A stretch of DNA of 64,000 nt. Origin: Botryllus schlosseri. Its lineage: Eukaryota. Shown piece by piece: positions 25,301-34,300 of the stretch. The notes under the pieces are model-generated. The model did no database searches. It had not been told where the DNA came from and saw only the letters and a list, made by a program, of their open reading frames with translations. Numbering within the stretch: position 1 is the stretch's first letter; the number at the start of each line of letters is the position of its first letter. Made by a program: the position numbers and the translations under genes. The stretch is taken from contig CM119374.1 of the NCBI GenBank assembly GCA_051294905.1, forward strand, positions 5,580,001 through 5,644,000. Reading direction: 5' to 3'.

Positions 25301-28300
25301 CGCAAGCACGTTCAAACAAATCTTTTTTTAGTGGTAAGCAGGGAGCCACCAGTGTTAGAAGCCTGCGCAAGGGGGCCACGGGAAATAAAAGGTTGGGAAC
25401 CACTGTCTAGGCCGAGGTGGATGTTAGAGTAAAGGATCGGTACTGATGCGTGTCGTTCGTCATCCTCCTATCTGTTCATGACGTCGCATTGTGTCTTATC
25501 GCGTGTTATGTTACAGCTTACGTTATCGCAAACTAGTATAGTAAAGTAATTAAATCGCAAAATGTGTATTCCTGTTTTCTGTTCTTACCTTAACCAAACC
25601 ACTTGTTTTATTATAATGGAATTGGAATTTAGCTTATATAGTTCTCAAACATTGGCGCAGGTTCGAGTTGTATCATATCAACTTGTCAATGGGTACTGTA
25701 TCGCATGTTATCAATTCATTTCTCTGTTCTCAATTTTGGCTGGTAACTATAAACTGATGATTTGCAAGTACTCAGGTACTTTAGCGTGTGTATATTTAAC
25801 TCTCTATTCGTTCATCGGTTCAAAATCATTGACCACTCAGACTCAATCTGTATTTCATACATCTAGCAAAATGCAATGACGTTATCATGCCTCATACTTC
25901 GAAAACGCAACTTGTCTTGAATTGTGACTTGAATTGAATTCACTTGACTCGACTTGACTCGAGTCACCTCCAAAAATCGAGAGACTTGACTTGACTCGAG
26001 TCACCTTCGAAAATCGATTGACTTGACTTGACTCGAGTCAAAATGTGCAATGACTCGAAATGACTCGTATCTCGAAGGTAGTGACTTGATCCCAACACTG
26101 CCGTAAATGTGGCGGGTGAAAATTCTTGTCGAGCTCGATAAGCGTACGATGAAGCGAAAAAGGTGGGGAACCACAGTAATAATTGAATTCCATCACTGAC
26201 AATCCTACAATTGCTTTTCGGGCCTTCGAATACATTCCGCATGTCTTCAGAGACGATCTCCTGTATATATGTGACCTTCCTAAGTAATGAAATATTATCT
26301 GTCAAGACACAAAATGGTAACGCATAAACAGCATTTAATGCGATTTTGACTCATACTATCATTGCATATACTACTATTGCTTTTTCAGCTTTACTTCTAA
26401 CCGATCCTGATCTTATACTATCAGGTTATCATGGCGAGGTGAAAGATATCACGCGTCGTTCCTCCTCGTGTCTCTGTCGGTTTCACTACTGGGAATGAAT
26501 ATCACTCTACTTGTGAGTCAACTACCCGCTCTATCTGACCCTGCTGTAACGGACGTCGACTCTGCTTCCTGTATAACGATTGCTATGCTTCTACATCTCT
26601 TCATGCTGTCATCTTGCGCTTGGATGAACTGCGATGCAGTGGTTTTGGGAATTGACGTCGTGAAGGTTCGTATTATATCGGCTGCAGTTTAAATAAGCTG
26701 TTTCATATACCTTATGAAATCTGGTAAATTTTGATACATACATATAACAGAAGCCTTAGCATGATATTTGTTGTTAAGCTCCTGATAAATATGATATCGC
26801 GACAAAACTCTGAACAAGGAAACTTTGTTGAATTAAAATAGTCAAATAGTGCAAGGCAATATATTCTTCTAAGTCGGCATCGATTGCTTATATCTTGGAC
26901 ATAATGATTACACAATACTATAGCAATGTTTGTTTTACCTTAAACGGAATATTACGACCAAAAAAATCAAAATTTGGAAATTATTTTACCTTAAAAAACT
27001 GTATTTTAACAAATTTTTACCTCGTATATGTAAATTAGATGTTTTCCCACATAATGTTAGCTTTGTACTACTGATCTACCTTTTTCTGATATGTACTATC
27101 TGTCATTACGAAGTAGTGTGGCCTGAAAAAAACTGTTTGACTTAGAAACTGACAAACTTTCACAAGAAAAACTTTATTTTAAAGAAATCTTTGCCTATGA
27201 AGAATTCCAGGAGTTATATCACGCATTATGGTCGAAATAATTAAAGAAAAATTGTAGAGAAAGATACTTTCCTACATTCTCGGGTAGAAAGTTTCTGTTC
27301 TTTCTAAATTGCTCGCCAAGCATGAAGAAATAACGTTCAACAGCAGCAGTTATTGGCTGACAACACTGAAGTTGTGCAATGAGCATACACTGCTGATGGT
27401 AAACCGTGTTACTTCATGCTGACAATGTTGTCTACATTACAATTTTTCATCATGCGGTCCTTCATATGAAAACCAATGCGCTCGAAGTTTTGCTTCAGTT
27501 AGGAATTTGCGGTACGTTGAGTATAACAACATGTCAACCTATTTGTTTCATTTGACCGTATATGATTCACAACAAAGGTGGTCAGTAACGAATTACTTCT
27601 ACTTTTGGGCTGTACTAAAGTAGTTTTCCGCTACTTCTGGTACTTACTCCGGTAGATCTGATTTTCTCTACCTCTACATCTACTTCGTAAAATTTTGTGA
27701 TCAACTTACTAACTTTTCGTTATTTCCAGTTTGTCAAGTAGAGTAGTTTAATCCCCCAATAAGAAAGATAGCCTGTGGAATTTCGGGGCTGTTTTCACGG
27801 AGTACCAACATTTAACATTCTTAAAAGTCAAGTAAAGTACAGAAATTTTGTTGGGCTTCACCCACAGTGGTTATGGGGTGACAAATATGTTTTGACGCAA
27901 GTATCAGTGAATATAATTGTGGTACCTAATTGCTTGGCTCCGCTCACACCGCATTGTCGCCCATATCGAATATTTCATCACAGTAAATATGGCCCACCAC
28001 AATGTTTGAAACTACTGTTTCGCAATCTAGCAATTACCTATCATATCGTAATCTAGCAGCCCATGACATGTCCAGCTAATCTGAAAAATCCGGCTTTTTG
28101 AACCTTACACCTGTTTTAGCTTACAACCTTTGTAGCTTTGTGGTCAAATGACATGAAATATATTTTCCTTTGTTTGAGAATGGTAGTTGTATTTCACTTT
28201 CAATTCTGATTATCTTACTTTGAGTTCTAATTACTTTCAGATCTTTTGTCTGCAGAACATACATGTTGAAGCATAAAAGCAAGTGTACTAATGCCTCTAT

Positions 28301-31300
28301 TTTCCGAAAATAAAGCTACACTAAATATAAATTTTACGATCCATAATATTTGTTAACGTATACTAATCGCGAAAGTGTTGAAACCGTATCCGATACAACT
28401 CATCCGTATTGCTCTTCGTCTAAACTTAGGTCCTTATAATATTGAAGAGGGCACCATGCCATGATGTTCTCTAAAACGGGGTCTTCTATTAAACAAAGGG
28501 TGGGTATCGCATTTTCATATCGATACTATAATTTGCATCCCATGATCCAAAACAATGCTTATTCTATCGGCGATTGATACCTCCGAGGATGCATCAATAT
28601 TATTCAAGCTCTCTGCACCTTCCGCATAACTCAAATTGCAGCTGTTGACAGTCCATACGAAAGAATCAAGACTGTTTTCAAAGCTACTTACATACTTGAG
28701 TAGATTTGAAGTCAGTCAATTCTACTTCTACTGTAAGTAGTTTTAGGTGGCTTATGAAAGAAGTACTTCTACTCGTACTTGAGTGGATTTTATCGTCGCT
28801 ACTTCTACTTTTGCTTGAGTAGCTTTATTGACTACTTTGACCACCTCTGCGTCACAATGAGCGGACAATGAGCCGTCTACAACTGTAGGCCTATAAAGTA
28901 GGGTACAAGCTGTAAAATGTGAAATGATAACTTCACCGAAATTGTGTGCAAACATCTACGATACATACGAAATGCAGGTCGCAAAAAAGTTTGGGCCTAA
29001 CGCTAATTTTTTTTGGCCTAACACTTTGACTTATTTTGACATGTAAAAAAAAGTATGACCATTTGGTAAATTTTGGGCAATTCCAATGCTTCCAACTTCT
29101 GATTACGACTGCGCCTATAGGTGTGGTACATCGACTCTTAGAATGAATGTACGCCTACTTCATATAATATTTGTATATTTGCTTTCAGCCGTTTTACAGC
29201 AAAAATAACGTCGAGAGCAAGCGGTTGCTTCTTTGGTCGATATTATGGGCAGTCGTTATGCCTCTACTGTTTGTGGGGATATCAGCAGCAGTTAATACCG
29301 ATAACTACGTGTATGGACATGATCCCGAAACAGATAACTCGGTAACGTGAGTATCTTATTGTGGTTAGCATACGTCAGTGGTCGGGAACCTTTTTGGTCT
29401 GAAGAGCCATGCCAGCTCTATATTTTCCATTATAACTCTCAAAGAGCCATACATTTCAATCAATTGTTACGTCACAATTGAAAATTCGGTACGTTATGGT
29501 GGTACTAATTCGAACTCGAAACGGCCCGTGGACATATGAGCATGCGACATTTCAGAATGCGAGACTTCAGCATGCGACAATTTGGCATGCGACACATGAG
29601 CATGTGGGTTAAATTACGGGTTAGGGGTAGGTTAGGGTTGGATTTATGGTTGGGTTAGGGTTAGGCTTTAGGTTAGGTTAGGCTAGGTTAGGTTAGGTTA
29701 GGCTATGTTTCGGGTTAGGGTAAGTTTTTGGGTTATACAGTCACATGCTGAAGTGACGCATGCTGATGTGTTCCATACTGAACTGTCGTTTTCCATTGTG
29801 TCGCATGCTCATATGTCGGGCAACCCTCGAAACATGGGATTCGTCGTGGCCACCATGTTTTCTCTGTAAAACTCGTAACGCAATTCATCGTAAATAGCTC
29901 AGAATTTATAATATCTGATATTAATCTAATACAGGGCGGCCAACCCTTGGCCCGCGGGCCAAATGTGGCCAGCGATGTAATTCTCGAAATTAGATATAAC
30001 ATCAGGTAAAATTGCAAGGCCAACCAAAAATTGATTAGCCTAACCGCGAAAATTGATGATGACTAAAACATCAGATCCGACGGTCCAGACACATTTATCG
30101 CCGGAGATTTACTTAACTTGAATTTTTTCTTAGCACTTCACATTATTTGTTGTCACTAGAATTCTTGCATTTAGTATTTGATCCCCCTTTTTAAAATTAT
30201 AAATACGTGTGATTTACAGAATTGAGTCCATTTATATTCGTAATTAGGAGATAACGTGTCGTCAAACACATGAGACTTCGCTTGTGCGCTCGCAGCGAGA
30301 TCGTCGGCGATAAAGCATTTGCACAAAATGATAGAGTCATGTTCATCGAAACCTTCGATATTGCTGTGTCTAAACGCCGAATAATCAAGCCCTTGCCAAA
30401 TAAGCCCAGTGGGAGGCGACCCCCAATATATGGAAACAACATTTTTATTGATCGAATTCATTCACTATACCTTTGAATAAGTTCGCGATTCTGGCGACCA
30501 GGACATGAATCCACACTGCACAGTTGAACACAGAGTTTTCGTGACATATTTGTTATCTATTTTTAAGCGTAGTAATATAAGACTTGTATTCAACTTTCCT
30601 TAATTCGGTTCGCTACTATCGGAAGACTAAGAAAGGTCATCAACATTCAAGTAGCGCACGCAATGGTTCGTACATCTCATGCGGCACTTTGGCCGGAAAG
30701 GTTGGCCACCCTTGATCTAGCTAGTAAAACTAAAGCACTGTTTCCGAAAATCTAAATATTGATCGATTTCTTAATTCGGCGGTAACATAAATGTTGCGCA
30801 ACAGGCCTACATTTTATCGGCAGTACTAGAAATATCCTTATGAATTTGGACGCGGATAGCGAGGTGATACTTGTAATTTGAATGTGTAATTGGAATGTCC
30901 TTTCCAAGGCAGTTCATTTCTCGGCGTAAATCAGGAAGACAAGGGGTATTTGAAAACTATAGTCATAGGCGTCCCCATGTCTGCTATTCTCATGATCAAC
31001 CAACGTATGGTGCAATCTAAGATTACGCAGCGCTCGATGTCTGGTACATCGAATTCGCGAGGGATATTCGTTGCTGGCGCTACAGCAACTTACATTTGAA
31101 GATTTTGTAGAGGAGTCCGAGCCCTTAAACCTGGATACGCCACTGCCTTAACCTCTTAAATACATGTTTAGCTGCAAAGAGAATAAATATTTCGGCCATT
31201 AAGACAACTTACTATCAGGTTGCTGCAATTTCGATAAAAAGTACAAATTTAAAAATATGTGAAAGAGCCATATCTTATACGCAAAAGAGTCATATATGGC

Positions 31301-34300
31301 TCGCGAGCCATAGCTCCCGACCACTGGCATACATAGATCATGCTACATTATATGAAATCAAGCGAACCGTGCTGTGTCGATTGTTAATTGTAATCGTAAC
31401 TGAAACAAACTAAGGTTGGACTTCGTTGGTCAAGATCACTTCGGATCGTACACACAAATAATGAAAAACCCTTCAGCCATATCAATATTTACCAGCATCT
31501 ATAAACCAAATTGAATGTACTCGACAATATTTGATTGACATGAATACCATCTTAACTTTCTCATCATTGCCTCCATTCCAATCGCTAACCCTTGCTACGC
31601 AGAGACGCACATTTCGTAATGGCGTATATTGAAATTCGTAAAAACTCGTTCGAATCCAATATATACTGCTCAACGTGTAATCAACATACTCACAAGCTTG
31701 TTTGTGAAATGAAGATGGTATGGTGGGTCTTAAGCTTGAGTCATAGCAGATAAGATTTCTGTTTATATTTACTACCACAAAAATGAAAATAATAACTCTG
31801 CTGTTTCCTTTATGTACCTATTTCCATCGGTATGGGCCAAACCTATTGTAAATAAATATGACTTTCAAGATAGAGAATTATATTTTACGAATATATTTTC
31901 AGATGCTGGATGGATCCGGAAAAAGTATTGTATCTCGCCATAATACCGACGGCATTGATGATATTCTTCAACCTTGCTGTGTATATTGTGCTGACTTATT
32001 ATTTGTGCACGACAAAGGAATCTGAACACGTAAGTCTGTATTTTAAACATTGTGAAGGATTCCTTATTTCAACTGGTGGTGAATATATAATTTCAGGGAA
32101 CGTATTGGAAGAGTACCCGACAATCACAAAAGAGGAGACTTTTGACTAATTTTACGATCGTTTTCAACCTGGGTGTATCTTTGGTGTTCGGATTCCTCAT
32201 GGTGGCTGCCAGAAACGAAAATACTTTTATAGCGTTCGCTTATATATTAACCATATCCACATCCTTGCAAGGTAAGGAACAACGTGTTTCTCAGCAAATT
32301 ATCAGTAGCTAATATCAGAAACTTGCACGCACATGGTCCCACGGATTGCTATAATACAGGTCTACGTCGTAACGAATGCATTTCCCCGGAACGTATGCGA
32401 TATGATTACTGTCCAATTTTAATTACATAATAGATATTATTATAAGATGAACTGAATATCTAATTAGCAATGGCTTAATGACAGACTTATATTCAAGCCA
32501 AATTACACACATTGAAGCATCTTCGTCTAAAACAGGGGTTCTCAACGTAGGGGGCGCGCCCCCCTCGGGGGACGCGGGAGGCTATCAGGGGGGGGGGCGA
32601 GAAATTGACGAAGTCAGTATAGGGGGGCGCGAGAAATTGACGAAGTCAGTATAAATTGTACGTGTCTGAACATGTGTTTCACATCCATTATGAGAAGACG
32701 ATTAATGAAGATGAAATTTATTCCATATTTAAGAAAGCTTGCAAAATACAAACTCTAGCAACCGCGCTCAACGGAGAATAGTCTGATTTCAACTTCATTT
32801 GAGCAAATTTTTGAAATTCTTTGGAGATATAGAGAGCAATTCCCACGTGTAAGTCATTCATTGCTTCATAGCTTTGACAGTAGCCTAAAGCTTGTCGCGC
32901 TGGGCAGCTCTTGTTAGTAGCTTGCGAACTGCACTGCCGAAGACAGACTTAGATGCAACATAGGTTGCCCGGTTTCGCCCTCAATTAGGCTATAAATCAA
33001 CACAATTTAATTAATTTCCAAAACTGATCAAATTTAGCCAGGCAGGACAGAACGACGCCTTGCTCTCTGTACTCACTACCAGCATCAGGATTAGTCTTGT
33101 TCAATGTTTTTTTGTTATTTTCAAACAAGTTTGGAGAAATTTGTCAGACTCAACAACTGGAATGCAGATTCAAAATTGGCGTAAGATATACCTTATGTAT
33201 ATTATTAGATCAGGGGTGGGCAGCCTGCGGCCGTAGAAGGGAATTTGAGCGGCCGTCGACGCCTAATTCAATTAGTATGTGTTGGCGGCCGTAGACATGC
33301 AAATTGCAATTACGAATTCACTCCCGCATTTTCGAGAGATATTAATTAATCTTGAAATTTCTTCGCCCTCCGCGCAATTCAATAAGACTTCATTTTTCGA
33401 TTTTAATGCAGTAGCGCCCTTCTTAATCTGAGCCGGCAAGAAATAACAACGTTCGCGGCCCTGAAAAATTTTCGCGCTCAGCGCGACAATATGCACCTCC
33501 CGGCAACTATCCATAACATTGCCACTCGCGATTTCGGTGCGTACAATAGGCCATTGTGAAAAGCAGAATAGTCCGGAGTTCACCGGGAATGGATATGGAC
33601 ACTGGACAGTTTACCATAGGAATTTTGCATCCAGATCGTTCATTGCGGCCATGCCCTGGAATGCGGCCTTACGCTACATAAGCAATCGAAATGCGGCCAT
33701 GATTATCAAAAACGTTGCCCACCTCTGTATTAGATGATGTGCTCTCTTTGACATGACGATAAATGCAAGGGGGGTCAGGGGGCGCGATTTTTTTCACCAC
33801 CTCCAAGGGGGGCGCGTGTCAAAAAAGGTTGAGAACCACTGGTCTAAAAGTCGGAAAGTCGACTCGACAATCGACACGGCCCGCGAAAGGCTCGAGTAAC
33901 GTTTTAAAAATATTGATAAAATGCGTACTGAAAATCTAATTACTGCAGGAACCCGAATAAAAATTCCGTATTATATTTCAACACGATGATTATATGTTGT
34001 ATTCATATATTTAGCATTATTTCATTGCTGACTCGATAGTCCGACCTCACCCTTTCAACTGCTAAATATCACAGAAAGTCAAAACGGGAATGACTTCCAG
34101 ATCACGGGTGTAATTTTACATTGTCCACTCCAGCAAGTTCATTAGTTTCAGTACTGTACTTGGAGAAACCGATTCGCGCGAGTGATAGGTAGATTCGTTC
34201 TCTATATGTTCAAAAGTATTTATATTTATAAAATCTATGTATTTTAGTGGGAGCGCATTTTAAGCTAACGTGGTTATGACGCTGCCAGCTTTGTGTGTCC

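Larger units (their letters stand above)
22298..26100. mobile_element. Non-autonomous hAT (TIR CAGTGTTGGGAT; GACTCGAGTC/GACTT subterminal arrays) hosting the Buster element
   Basis: Perfect TSD CCGTAAAT (22290-22297/26101-26108); sibling at 47585-48498. Confidence 0.92.

Noticed and set aside
25900-26100. Regular GACTTGACTCGAGTC repeats resembling a CRISPR array
   Set aside because: Eukaryotic context, no unique spacers, no cas genes; they are subterminal repeats of a TSD-bounded hAT element.
28380-28670. Minus-strand LINE RT C-terminal remnant
   Set aside because: Only a faint resemblance, with many stops; too weak to call.
29600-29740. True telomere or chromosome-fusion scar
   Set aside because: Short, degenerate, single orientation, and enclosed by inverted arms with a TSD.
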